Shown here in pieces: positions 12,900-25,562 of a DNA stretch of 64,000 nucleotides (positions are counted from its first letter, which is position 1; each line of letters opens with the position of its first letter). Source of the stretch: Octopus sinensis (Eukaryota). The stretch covers positions 186,001 to 250,000 of the forward strand of contig NC_043023.1 in assembly GCF_006345805.1 (NCBI RefSeq), in the 5' to 3' direction. The notes below the pieces were generated by a model. The model worked only from the letters and a program-made list of their open reading frames with translations, had not been told where the DNA came from and did not search any database. The translations under genes were made by a program, and so were the position numbers.

Positions 12900-14269
12900 C
12901 ACACGCACACACACACACACACACACACATATTAACATACCTATACAAGTATATATAAGCTTCGTTATTACTCATTTCATCATAGAGACACAAAAATAAA
13001 GAAAACTTGACATCACTTAGCACGCCAATATGGCAACTTGGGTACAAAAAAAAAACTAAATATGAATTAGAATATTCGATTTTAAGTAGAGCAAGTCCGT
13101 ATGAAATAGAATGAATGGGATGCAAACTTTGCCTTGAGGAGCAACTCCAAATACTTACCTAATTAACCGTTGACAGGAATTAACGATACGCTGTAAGCAT
13201 CTCTATAATAAATCCTTCAGCAGGTTCCCTAGATAACTTTGACTCAATATTGAGAGACAATGGACAAGATGGGTAAGATGCCTAAAAGATAAATGCAAAT
13301 TATCTCATCTATTTTTATTTTATTTTTAATCTAATATTTTTTCTCTTTCCACTATTCACTTTGACCACAGCTTTTTCTACCTTACCATCTTAATTTGGTG
13401 CTGTTGCTTTTTTTTCATTCCATTTACCATTCATTTTTTTCTAATGCATTTTACTCCCAATGTGAGATAGCAGTAAATAACCCAATATTAGATATTTGAG
13501 TTGACCATGTGAATAAGTAACACCCATATCAAATTTCGGTACACTATCGGGATAGCGTCTGATCTGAAAACAATTTAAATATTTTTGACTAAGGTCCCTG
13601 ATGTTTTTATTACTGTCCCCTCTTTGATTTCTGGCATTCGCATACCGCTTCATGTCTTCATTCTTCCATCCTATGCCTCCCCTCCTCTGCTATTTCTCTT
13701 CCTTTTGTTCTTTTCCGGCTCATCGCTTCGTTTTCCTTTTTTCTCTTTATTTCTCTACCACTCACCTTATATTTATTACATCGTTTCGCTCCCTTTTCCA
13801 TGCCTGTGTCGTTCATGTATCGTCGTACTGCTTGGTTTTCATTAAAATAATGACTCCAGCGGAATCATATTATTTAAGGTCGGTCAATTTTTCTCAACTG
13901 ATCAGTGAACGAACCTACAATGACTCGAAAACAACTGTAAGTCAAATTTACTACAGTTTGATTTACTGTTGTCTTCGATAGTTATTGTAGGATATATATA
14001 TATATATAGGCATAATAACGAATTTCTAGCGCTTCCTAATATTCTCCTATTACATACCACAACTATATTGTCGAGTGATCTTTTGTTCGACGTCTTCATA
14101 GGATGTATGACGGAACTGAGGTTTCCGACCCCATGGGGTCGTTTATTGTTGACATCATTTTCATGGCGCAGGTTTGTACAGAGATGACGGCTTAACAATC
14201 TCATTTTACATAAATGGCCACACATCAGGTAAATGAGAAAAAGTTTCATAGAAATAATCAAAGAGTTCG

Positions 14270-15080
14270 ACTAGAACAACTTAGCGCATGCAGACTTGTT
14301 AAGGCAAACATTATCCTGACAGAAAGACATAGAGGACACCATAAATATACAAAAAATTTCAACTTTCCCAGAAATAGTTCGGCGAGTCTCTGATGTATGT
14401 TCTTTACTATACGCTAGATAGAAGTCATTTTATAGAGGTAACTATACAAGGAGCACCATAGAAGCACTAGGAAAAGAAGTGACTTGATTTAATCCACCTT
14501 TCAACATCAATATATTTGCTAACACAACCATGAACTTTTTATGTCTAAGATAACATTTTCCACCAACTCACAAATAAAACAAAATTTTGTTGCCACGTGT
14601 AATTCCTTTCAATGCCGAACAGTATAAAAAGCAATTATATGGGATTCTCCTGGAACTTTCAAAAATCGTTATTACACGTACCTACATACACTCAGGTCTA
14701 GGAGAAGAAAAATTGAAATCCTTGTCTCAAGTCGTTTGGAAACTCAGAACCTATGGATTGGAAGATGTTTCACTAACAGGGATCATATTCAACAAAGTTA
14801 TTCAAAGCTTGAATTTGAATCCAGGACTTATAATCATAAGCAAAATGGATGAACTAGAAACTGCAGGCTATACTTAACTAAAATGTTCAACATATTAAAG
14901 GAAGTCAGCGATATTACTTAACCGGTGTTCCAAGATATTATCGAATTGTCGTCATGAGAGAAAATTTCTTTCGAACAACTTCCAAACGAAAATCAAATCT
15001 ATGTAAAGAAATATTACAAGAATCCTCTTGACGATGAAAACACGTCTGAACTATAATAATTCAACCATCAATAACGACAG
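14270..15080 (+). mobile_element. Degenerate Penelope-like element (RT-to-GIY-YIG linker and endonuclease region)
   Basis: Broken remnants RK..*FNPPFNINI..., FPPTHK*NKI, TYNHKQ and KSNLCKE resemble the PLE motifs WFNPP, FP..HKL.KIFN, YNHK.SF and CNLC.KEK. Confidence 0.6.
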
Positions 15081-15193
15081 GCAGCTGATTGGATATATGT
15101 GTATATATATTTATGTGTGTATATGATACATGTTTGGATGTAGAATCAAGTGAAATATGCTGCGACACCTAAAGTATTTACTTCTCAACTTAC

Positions 15194-15479
15194 CACCAGG
15201 TTGCCGATTACTGGTTTCTCCCTTCTTGCTGGACGAAAACTGGTCAGCGGTCATCACGGACAGCGTATACTTCTTGTTACAGACGCCACTTGGCGGTCGA
15301 CATCTGCGCGTCTGTTGTATGTAACTTTGGTGGCAGAACCTCTCCAGACGGGTGCGACACTGCCTCTTGCGCCGTTGCTTGCAGTCCCGGCTGCATGTTG
15401 ACCACGGTGACCACTTGTTGTAGAAGTTGGTCATGATGATGTTCTGTACGTATTTGGCCCGTTTCAGCGGAGTAACCAC
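15194..15479 (-). CDS. Internal coding exon (286 nt, phase 0/1) of the same gene; TSP1 repeat 2 plus linker
   Basis: Acceptor ...ttattaccAG at 15481-15480 and donor G|GTAAGT at 15193. Translation VVTPLKRAKYVQNIIMTNFYNKWSPWSTCSRDCKQRRKRQCRTRLERFCHQSYIQQTRRCRPPSGVC...RQPG. Phase matches the upstream exon. Confidence 0.9.
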
Positions 15480-15488
15480 CTGGTAATA

Positions 15489-15529
<41 letters not shown>

Positions 15530-15736
15530 TAATAAAAAATTATTATTATTATGGGTTACTCGACCAGAAGAAAATTCTAACTGGGCCCCACCTGCAAGAT
15601 CATGTGCTGTTTATCTTGATATGAGATCACCATGTCGCGCACATATGGTTGTGATGTATGTGCCTGGTGTACCCTTATCTAACGGGTAGTCATGATGGGT
15701 ATACTGGGCTTCGTATATTTTACCCCAGTGTCACCC

Positions 15737-15764
<28 letters not shown>

Positions 15765-15767
<3 letters not shown>

Positions 15768-16380
15768 TCGAAACTGCTGACAAATGGCACAAACACTACT
15801 TTGAGGCTGTAAATGAAGGAAAAAATGCGATTCTATGGGACTTACCGGTACATACAGACCAGAACATCAAAGCTAATAAACCAAAACAATAAAATCTGCT
15901 TAATGATTGATATGATCATAATATCTTGGCAAAAAAAAAATTGATAAACTCAGAAAATATAAAGATTTGCTGATTGAAATCGAAAAAATGTGCCATTTCA
16001 AGACGGTTACGGTACCAGTGATTGCAGGAGCACTGGAAATGATCAAAAAAGGAACTGAGAATTATTTGGGGATCATCCCTTGCTTACCATCCATACAAGA
16101 AGTGCAAAAGATTGTCTTAACTGGTACGTTACACATATTGAGAAGAGCATTGCCGCTGGGAATTTTCTTTCCTTTTCCCCTTTTATTTTCTTTGTTTTCA
16201 TTTTTTTCTTTTTCCATTCTTTCCTTTTTCTCTCTGTCTTGCCTCCTTTTTTTCTATCACATGACTTTGTAAATGAACAATCTGATGTGTTTATTTTGAT
16301 GGCCTACCAATGTATACAGTAGGTTTCTTTGCCCTAGGTGTTGCGAAGACACCCGGCAAGAAATAGAAACAAAATCGGAA
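15765..16380 (+). mobile_element. 5'-truncated R4/Dong-clade (RLE-type) non-LTR retrotransposon 3' fragment
   Basis: ILWDLPVHTDQNIKANKP...IEIEKMCHFKTVTVPVIAGALEMIKKG...IQEVQKIVLTGTLHILRRAL. Begins directly after (AAT)n at 15737-15764. Confidence 0.75.
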
Positions 16381-16384
16381 GAAG

Positions 16385-16397
16385 ATGATTATGATTA

Positions 16398-16448
<51 letters not shown>

Positions 16449-16527
16449 CATTATTATTATTATTATTATTATTATCATTATTATTATTATTATTATTATT
16501 ATTTATTATTCATAATAATAATAATAA
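16385..16527. repeat. (TAT)n/(AAT)n microsatellite between two RLE-element fragments
   Basis: Directly visible. It is the source of the poly-Leu artefact ORF at 16385. Confidence 0.95.
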
Positions 16528-16870
16528 AGGCATCAAAAATGAAACAGCCTCACATATTGTGAGTGTAGTAAACTGGCTCAAAAGGAATGCAAAAAAAGGT
16601 ATGACAACGTAGCTAAGAATGTCTATCGGAGATTGTGTGAGAAGTATGGCCTTGAAAGGACATTGAAATGGTACAAGCATAAACCAGAAGGTATCGCTGA
16701 GAATAGTGAGTATAAGATTTTCTGGGATTTTGCAATTCAACGTGACTCAGTGATTGATGCTCAGAGACCAGACATTGCTGTAGTAGATAAATGATGAAGG
16801 AAACTAAGATCATAGATATTCTCATACCTGGGGATATACGGGTGGCTGAAAAACACTGAGAAGTCCAAGT
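16528..16870 (+). mobile_element. Second R4/Dong-clade fragment (CCHC/RHD region plus RLE)
   Basis: ETASHIVSV...YDNVAKNVYRRLCEKYGL...KWYKHKPEGIAENSEYKIFWDFAIQRDSVIDAQRPDIAVVDK. Starts after (AAT)n. Confidence 0.75.
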
Positions 16871-17762
16871 AGGCCATGGGATAGAGGAGGTCATAGTACA
16901 CCTCCCTTGTGATTTACTTTAATGGGTATTTTCACATAGCCCTGGGTCTAACAAGTCAGAAAAAAACTGGATGTAAGATAGGCGCAGGAGTGGGTGTGTG
17001 GTAATAAGTAGCTTGCTTACGAACCACATGGTTCCGGGTTCATTCCCACTGCGTAGCACCTTGGGCAAGTGTCTTCTACTATGGCCTCGGGCCGACCAGT
17101 GCTCGCCCAGAATATCCTGAAGCAAACCCAAGCACCAAAGTCTGGCGGCTGGCTTAGGTGTTTTTCATAATCACTGCTTCTAATTTGTTCACTAATTGAT
17201 TTCTTTACTAAACTTGATCAGTTCTGTTATCACTCCCTTCAGAGCAACCCACTAACAGTTACTGAAGACCTTTTCCCTCAAACGCATCATTGCCAGTTTG
17301 CTAAACTGATTGCTGAAACTAGATTCCAGTTTACGCGATCTATCAAAGTCAAACGTGTAAATCACAAGTTTTTGGTCAACGTAGCTGAAAGTGTGGACAC
17401 TCTCCTCTATCCCTCTCCATTGGACTAAGATATCTCGAGGTACGGTATGGATGGTTCGTTGTGTTTGGTCTGTGTGAACGCTGAGCTATTCCAAAATTCT
17501 GGCGGTACTTGTCAGGTTGTTCAAAGTTTCTGAGCAAGTTGCAAGCTTTTACACTACACTCTGTAATTGGTTAACCACTCGTCATTCCAGATGATTTCAA
17601 AAAGATAAAAGAACAACCCCCCCTCCAAAGTATCAGTTAATAGTTTTACGGGCTCATGGAGTTCGTTGAAAGAGCTCACATATACGTGTGTGTGTGTGTG
17701 CGTGTGTGTGCGCGCGTTTCTATGTCTGTGTGTCCCAGCAATGATGCCAGCGATGTACTCAC

Positions 17763-18095
17763 CTTGTACGACAGGAAACTGCAATTTTTGTTGCGCTTCT
17801 TGCAATGGCGTTTGACCTTAATGGTGGTGTTACCACAGAAGGCCGGTTCCCGGCAGGTTCTTGTTCGGAACTGCTCACATCGCCACGTGCAGTGTGACCA
17901 TGCTCCCCACGACGTGTAGTGCCGGCACATAACACTGATAGCTCCCACATGCTTCCGTTTAGCTGGGAGCGGTTTGTTCGCGATGCCGCTGTCGTTACTG
18001 TCGTTGCCACCAATCAGCGAGACGTTGACACCGTTGGTACTGGCATATATAATAGATTCCTTGGGACTGTAGGACTTTGCATGTTTTCTGGATCC
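17763..18095 (-). CDS. Internal coding exon (333 nt, phase 0/0) of a TSP1-TSP1-trypsin-like serine protease gene; encodes a linker and TSP1 repeat 1
   Basis: Acceptor ...ctttcctccacaattAG at 18097-18096 and donor AAG|GTGAGT at 17762. Open frame GSRKHAKSYSPKES...YTSWGAWSHCTWRCEQFRTRTCREPAFCGNTTIKVKRHCKKRNKNCSFLSYK with the WxxWxxC...C...RxRxC TSP1 signature. Confidence 0.88.
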
Positions 18096-18179
18096 CTAAT
18101 TGTGGAGGAAAGAAACGAAGAAAAAGAGAAAAGCGATTAAAAAACATTAATCCAAAATGACAAAAAGGATGTGAGTGAA

Positions 18180-18382
<203 letters not shown>

Positions 18383-18559
18383 GAAAAAGTCGTGAAGAAA
18401 GTTGATACAAAAAATGGAACGAGAAAAAAGAAACGAAATCAAGAAAACTAAGATCCCCGTCCTCCTTGATTGCAGAAAACACATTAAATACTGCTGATAT
18501 AGAACAAAATAACGGAAAATATGTCAAAGTCTACGAGACAGCAAATCAATCTGGAGCAG

Positions 18560-18975
18560 GTAGTTCGACAAAAGAAACCTGTCCATGCGTCAACACCTGC
18601 TAAAAATTTCAGATCTGGAATGAAGCAATGTGTTGGAAATGTTGGATCTAGGAAGAATATGAGATCTTTCTGCTAAGCATAAAGTTGCATTTCCTTGATT
18701 CATTAACACAAAGTTTGGATTTCTCCACGATTCTCTATTCATTTATATTCATTTGGTCTTCAATTCCATACGTGGTTAGCCAACTTAGTTGCATTGCTTT
18801 TGTGGATTTGCTGGAAAGATAGACCGAACGCTTTTCTGAATTCGCCTTCACATAACCCGATGTAATTTTCCTTTTCAATTGATTTATCATGAAGCGTTGC
18901 TGTTACTTCTGCCTTGCATATGACGAAGTTTATCATAAATGCCTGGTGGAATGGGCAAGCTGAGGGCCTCAACAG
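18560..18975 (-). mobile_element. Penelope-like element GIY-YIG endonuclease/C-terminus remnant
   Basis: ACPFHQAFMINFVICKAEVT...NYIGLCEGEFRK...NATKLANHVWN, then CN(fs)CLAERSHIL...RSEIFSRC*RMDRFLLSNY. This matches the PLE pattern CP...VYKA.V...YIG...F...LS.HIW...CNLCL.EK...SKCRH.NKF.L. Confidence 0.75.
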
Positions 18976-20507
18976 TTACAACTGGATGTGGACTCTTGGT
19001 AGCAATAGAAATAGCACACACTAATGTTAACTTTTAACTGTTTCAGTCATTGGACTGCGGCCATGCTGGGGTACCGCCTTGAAGAGTTTTAGTCGAACGA
19101 ATTAGCCCTTGTGCTTTCTTTTAAAGTTTGGTACTTAATCAATCGACCAACACCGCTTGTAAAGTGATGTGTCTGTGAGGGGAACAAACACAGACGCAAC
19201 AAAGGCGCGTGCGCACACACACGTTTTCACCACAGTTTCCGTCTAGCAAATCTACTCACAGGGCGTTGGTTGGCCCAGGACTATTATATGTGCTGTGGGA
19301 CTGAACCTGAAAACAAGTAGTTGCAAAGCGAGCTTCTTAACCACGTAGTCAAAACGATTTCACTTATGTATGAACTAACCTTGGCTAGATATTAAAACTA
19401 AATTCTTCTGAATTAGATATTTCAATTAACAAAAGAGTAATTAAAAAGTATACACTATAGATCGTGCATCTTTTCTGTTTGACTGCAGCAGTGGAAATTT
19501 TAAAGTTTGGTGAAAATTTTTAAATTTGGTGTATTGATGTACTTTTCCACGCTGAATCTCAAGGGCTAATTCACTTTTTCATTAGATCGTTAATTCCCAA
19601 AACAGAGTTAAAATTTTTCCTCATCTTTAGATTTTCATTAACAGAGAAAGCAAGCATGTACAAATGCGCAACTAACAAATTTGCTTCATGTGTCTGCGAA
19701 ATTTACACTGGGGCAGATTTATCCCACTTTGGGAACCCCTCGTCTAGGACTTCAGTATCTAATGGTACTGGAGGATAGAGTAGCTAGGAAACTGGATTAG
19801 ATAATTTGCGAAAAACAATCACATGGTTCTAGGTTCTGTCCCACTGCGTGGCACCTCGGACACATGTCTTCTACTAGACTCTTGGGCCGACCAAAGCCTT
19901 GTGAGTCGACTTGATCAACAGAAACAAATAAAAAACAAAAGAAAAGATAACAGTTTGCTATGAACAGAGTTACAGAAACGGGCAGAGGCCACAGAAGGTC
20001 CAGGCGGCATTACCACCTCCCGTTGGCTACGTATGTGAATGCGCTTCTTTTTACGACACTAGATTGTCATTTGAGGATGATTTAGTTATCATTTCTAACA
20101 GGTCATCCAGAAACCACATAAGAGGGTCCCTTATCAAAAATACCACAGACAGGCAGGCATGTGTGGGGGCCTCCCGATAAAGCTCATGGACTGGTGTCGT
20201 CTGCCTTAGTGAAACTGCAGTACGGCTTCGTGTTCGTAATGACGCTCTCCCTGAACTACGGTGGTACTAATAACGGAGAATTGTCCACTTTTCAGAAATT
20301 ATTGCTGAGGGTGCAAAATATCAAACGGAAATGACTTGTTCCAATTAAAGGTACCCTTTACTACATTTTGCTCCTATTACACACACACACACACACAATA
20401 GAAAGGGTGAGGAAAAACGGAAGCAATGGAGTAAGGGAGAGATTTAGATAACTAGATGCGAATATATATATATATATATATTCACACACACATATATACT
20501 TATATTT

Positions 20508-20544
<37 letters not shown>

Positions 20545-21055
20545 CACATATATATATACACACATATACACAGACATATATATACGCATACACATATATA
20601 TATATACATACACACATACACATATATATGTATATATATTAGAGAGGAATAGAGAAATAGAAGGGAGAGAGCGTGTAAAAGAGTCACGGAGATAGATCGA
20701 AAGATAAAGCGTAGACATGGATCACACTATCTAAATATTCATATAAACAGATGCATACAATTCTCTCTTCTGAGTTAAGACACACACATATCTAAACGTT
20801 ATACATATATGTATGATTGCATGCATGCAAGTGCATACGTACGCGTGCATATAATACATACATACACGCGCGCACGCGTTCATGTATGAATGAAAATCAG
20901 CCCGAGGAATGCAAACAATATCGAATACACACACACACACACACACAAGGTATGTATTTTGTAAAATCGTGGGGGCGGGATGACGGGTGTTGGTGGGGTT
21001 TTAACTGGTTTAATATTTTCTCGTCAATACGCCTGGTGTTAAAACACACAAGCTC

Positions 21056-21094
<39 letters not shown>

Positions 21095-21212
21095 ATATGT
21101 ATGTATATATATATATCCTTAAATCCTTAAAAATGTTTTAGCCCGAAGGCCGCGGCCATGCTGGGGCACCACCGCTGAATATATATAATATATATATATA
21201 TATATATTGTAT

Positions 21213-21295
<83 letters not shown>

Positions 21296-21655
21296 GTACA
21301 TGTATATATGGGGATGGTTGTCTACTCCTTATGCAGTCTGACCACCTTTTGTACTTACACCTTAGCACCATCATGGCATCTGATGTGGCTTTTTAAACCA
21401 GACAATGTTCTGAAAAGACACCCACATAGATTGCACCTCTGATTTGGACCACCAAGAGCTGCAGATAAGTTCTAATCTTTGTGGATCTTAAAATGTCTTT
21501 CGAAGACTTCGTTAGATTTTCAAACTTTATGGCATACACGGCATTGAAAGGTGTGCACAGATATATAGGCAGAATGATTGGTGGAGGGTCGTTTTAGATT
21601 AGATTTGAGCCCATCAAAAGAAAGGCATGCTCTGTATATGTATATGTATATTTAA

Positions 21656-21730
<75 letters not shown>

Positions 21731-21851
21731 ATTAGAGACAAAACCACTATTAGGCAAATCATACAATGAAAAACTTAAGCCAATACATAAGATTATTTAA
21801 TTTATATTATTTAAATATATAACAAAATTATTAAAAAAATATAATTAATAT

Positions 21852-21919
21852 ATCACTACGATCGTTTCATGACTGTTAATTTCTTTAAATTTTCGAGTTA
21901 CAGTCATTCATCAGGTGGT
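21852..21919 (-). ncRNA. Minimal type-I hammerhead ribozyme motif with intact core, in a (TA)n-flanked repeat (~21725-22030)
   Basis: ACCAC-CUGAUGA-AUGACUGU(loop)ACAGUCAU-GAAAC-GAUC-GUA|GUGAU. Stem II is 8 bp, stem III is the palindrome ACGAUCGU, and stem I is 3 bp plus a mismatch. Confidence 0.7.
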
Positions 21920-22028
21920 TTAAATATTTATCTTGGCGAGGTTTAAACAATATAATATAATATTTTACTATAAAATTGGATTCAATCCTAAATCTGATTT
22001 TTCCCTGTAAGTTTGGATTTATTCCCTA

Positions 22029-22123
<95 letters not shown>

Positions 22124-22152
22124 ATGTGAATATATAAATGCATATGTATATA

Positions 22153-23110
22153 CGTAGGGAAGTAAAAAAAATAATCTGCACTTTCGCCGTTTCATATCTT
22201 TATTGTCGTCACACTGACTTCTGCGCATGCATGTTTATAGTTGGTACTATTGTGGTCGCGTGATCGAAGTTTGAGCCTGATCGCGCCATTTTTCTTTCTA
22301 GCTTTTCACTGTAAGCACGACCGTTTCTCTCGCAAAGTGCACCAAAGAAGAACAAAGAGCAGTGATCCAATTTCCTTGAATGGAAGGTGTGTCGAATGCT
22401 GAAAATCGTCCACGATGAGCGCGGCTTCCATAAAGTCTGTGCAAGAAAGCTTACTACAGAGCACAAGCACAAACGTGTTGAGGTCTGCAAACATTTACTC
22501 GATCGCTACAACAATGAGGGCGAGGAACTTTTGAGCAGAATAGTGACAGGATATGAAACGTCGATCCATCTTTATGAGGAAGAATCCAAAAAGACAGAGT
22601 ATGGAGTGGAAACATCCTGGCTCGCCTGCGACGAAGAAATTCAAGACTCAGTCTTCCGCAGGAAAGGTGATGCTAACCCTTTTTGGGGACTCAAAAGGGC
22701 CTATATTGGAAGACTACCTAGAAAATGGGTGTACGATACAACAGTGCTAGCCAACAAACTAAAGCCAGCAGTTCGCACCAAATACTTATTTCTTTATTTC
22801 CCACAAGGGGCTAAACATAGAGGGGACAAACAAGGACAGACATAGGTATTAAGTCGATTACATCGACCCAGTGCGTAACTGGTACTTAATTTATCGACCC
22901 CGAAAGGATGAAAGGCAAAGTGACCTCGGCGGAATTTGAACTCACAACGTAACGGCAAACGAAATACTGCTAAGCATTTCGCCCGGTATGCTAACGTTTC
23001 TGCTAGCTCGGCGCCTTCTCGCATCAAATACCGAAGCCTATGATCGAAGAAAGTTTGTTGTTGTGTAACAGTGCACGCCCACACACGGTCGCCTAGAAAC
23101 GATTAACCAA
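22153..23110 (+). mobile_element. Degenerate mariner interrupted by a SINE
   Basis: KCTKEEQRAVIQF...FHKVCARKLTTEHKHKRVEVCKHLLDRYNNEGEELLSRIVTGYET...QSMEWKHPGSP..KKFKTQSSAGKVMLTLF. Resumes after 23031. Confidence 0.8.
22786..23017 (-). mobile_element. Third SINE family (head GGCGGCGAGCTGGCAGAA...) with a 12-bp target-site duplication
   Basis: Flanked by CGCACCAAATAC (22774-22785) and CGCATCAAATAC (23020-23031). Other copies at ~35346-35570 (+) and ~50979-51085. Confidence 0.8.
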
Positions 23111-23114
23111 TTGT

Positions 23115-23345
23115 ACTAAAAGCCTCCGATGAATTTCAGCACCTCACACACCTTCAAGCAAAGAAATCGGATCACTACTCTTTGTTCTTCTTTGGTGCAC
23201 TTTGCTAGTAGAGCGGCCATGCTTACACTGTAAAACTAGAAAGAAAAGTGGTACATTACTACAATAGTACCAACTCTAAGCACACGTGCGCAGAAGGCAG
23301 TGTGACAGTAATATAGATGTGTTATGACGGAAGGGCGGATAAATA
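23115..23345 (-). mobile_element. Inverted 5' end of a related mariner
   Basis: The reverse complement aligns with 22170-22400 (GTCACACTG.CTTCTGCGCA...GCAAAGTGCACCAAAGAAGAACAAAGAG.AGTGATCC). Confidence 0.75.
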
Positions 23346-23349
23346 TATA

Positions 23350-23384
<35 letters not shown>

Positions 23385-23391
23385 ATATATA

Positions 23392-24287
23392 CGAGAGTAA
23401 TCCCAAATAACGTCTCCAAAAGTATTTAGAAATTACAGAAACGTTTATTGTCAATGATGTTTACGTCATTTTAAAGTTTGAACATTTATCTAGTTTTCTA
23501 CATAATCGCCATTTCGGTCGATGCATTTTTGTAAGCGCTGTGGCAGTTTTTGCTTGCCCATGTCATACCAGCTTACCGCCATGTCGTTAAGGAAGCGTTG
23601 GACCTCATCTTTCACCTCGTCGTCATTGCCGAAGCGCGTTCCTGCCAAATGTTCTTCCAACTTAGGGAACGGGTGGTAGTCACTGGGTGCCAAGTCCGGA
23701 CCATAAGGTGGGTGGGTCATGATGTCCCGTTTATGGTCTTCTGTGAACATTCGCGGGAACCATCTTGCGTGCACCTTCCGATATTGCAATTTTTTACTCA
23801 AAACCGTATGAATGGTGCTTTGGGAAACCCCAGGAACCAAAATGCGGATATCATCCAGAGTGATCCACCGATTTTCACGCAGGATTTGCTCAACCTTCGT
23901 GACTGTCTCGTCGGAAATTGATAGTCGCCCGCTTCTTTCTTCATCATTAATTTTAGTACGACCAGCTGCAAACTTCCTACACCACTTGCGGATGTTTTTG
24001 ACATCCATGCACGACTCGCCATACACATCCGTTAATTGGCGATGAATTTCGATCGGTTTTATGCGGTTTGTATTCAAAAACCGAATAACTGCGTGAACTT
24101 CACTCTTGGCGGTAGCGTCAATCGGGAGTTCCATCAGATACGACTTCCAAGCCAAGACTGAGCGAGGCGCACGCAGGAGCAGGCGTAGGCACATGTACAA
24201 GAAACACAACAGCGTTGCCAATAGCCGCATGCACAGTTTCCATGCGTCCCCAGCGCTTTGGAGACCCTACTTTGGGGATTACCCACG
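23392..24287 (-). mobile_element. Internally deleted mariner with both TIRs and an uninterrupted 214-aa ORF (24134-23490)
   Basis: TIRs CGAGAGTAATCCCAAATAACGTCTCCAAA / CGTGGGTAATCCCCAAAGTAGGGTCTCCAAA. ORF MELP...EVHAVIRFL...RSGR...ARWFPRMFTEDHKR//DIMTHPPYGPDLAPSDY...NGDYVEN lacks the first two catalytic Asp regions. Confidence 0.85.
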
Positions 24288-24289
24288 TG

Positions 24290-24325
<36 letters not shown>

Positions 24326-25514
24326 GGTGCGTGTGTGTATAAATCAGTATGGAAAGAAATTTGTTCTTTCCTAGAGATATATTGTCTAAGCGTACACCAG
24401 TTTAGCACTATATCGATTAACGATATTGGAAAATTCTACATGGGTATATGTACTGTTTATCGTTGGTTCTTCTTACACTTCTGAAATTCCAGTTGCTTCT
24501 ATAAAGATTTCCATCGTTTTCGATATAGGAGAAAAGTTTAATAATACAAAGAAAACGGAGAATACATGCACAGAATAATCAATTCATTTATTCTCATGAT
24601 CCAGTCGAATTAATGAGTTCTTTCATATTGCCCGCGCTGCGTTTCGATTGATTGCTCCTATCCATATTTACACATTTAAAGTGCATTATGAAGTTGAAAA
24701 ACACAAAAAAAACCTCCTCAGGACAAATTGACTGATCTTTTTGACATCATAAAGGATGAAGAGTTTATTTCGATTGAATTGTAGCATGTGTGTGTTGGAT
24801 TCAGCTCTAAAAATAGGTAGAGGTTGGTTTTGATCTTACTGGACAAAGGATAGGCATAGTTCAGAAGAACTAGGTCATGTTACCATTCAATCTTTAGTTA
24901 CTGCTGGTTAACCGTTTGTGTGTGATTGTGTGTGTGTGTGTGTGTGTGTGTTAAATCAGAAGTGCAAGGAGCAAATTCTTTATAAAATCCGGTGACCCTT
25001 CAGCTAACCGTAATCTTATAGCACTTTCTCTTCCTCGGTCATTCACCATTCCATTTCATTTCCCTTATTGCATCAACAGGAATGAGACAATTTTCCGCTC
25101 TCACAAATCAGATCTTTCCCGGGCCAATTTATTTCATAATTGTTATGCATGATTAATAGCGGCTACTGTTGGATTTACCCTCAATTTAAGATGCCTGGAA
25201 AGAAGTTATCAATTAGAACTGAAGGCAGTTGTGCGAAAATAAACGATGTGTACGTGTAGTGCGCGTGTTTATGTGTTTACACTTGCGTGTCTGCCTGTAT
25301 GTGTGTTTGAGTGTGTGCGTGCATTGGCCATCTATGACCTCTTTAAGGGTTTGCCTTTTGTTGAAAGTCAGTTCTGTTTCTGATTTACTGGGATTTGCAA
25401 ATTATCCCTTAAAGACTTATGGGTGTAGTTCCTTAAGTAGGGAAGGGGAAGTGCGAACAGAGTGTGTCTGTATGTAACCTTGAACAAAAAAGTTAAGCCA
25501 TTACTGATAATAGT

Positions 25515-25562
<48 letters not shown>

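Noticed and set aside
13765-13860. Possible extra exon ending AAG|GTGAGT in the large intron
   Set aside because: The frame has a stop three codons upstream of the Trp, there is no pyrimidine-rich acceptor, and its phase-0 end is incompatible with the phase-1 protease exon.
18760-18972. ORF next to the TSP1 exon as a possible upstream exon
   Set aside because: It matches a Penelope-like GIY-YIG region with stops and frameshifts downstream and has no suitable splice sites.
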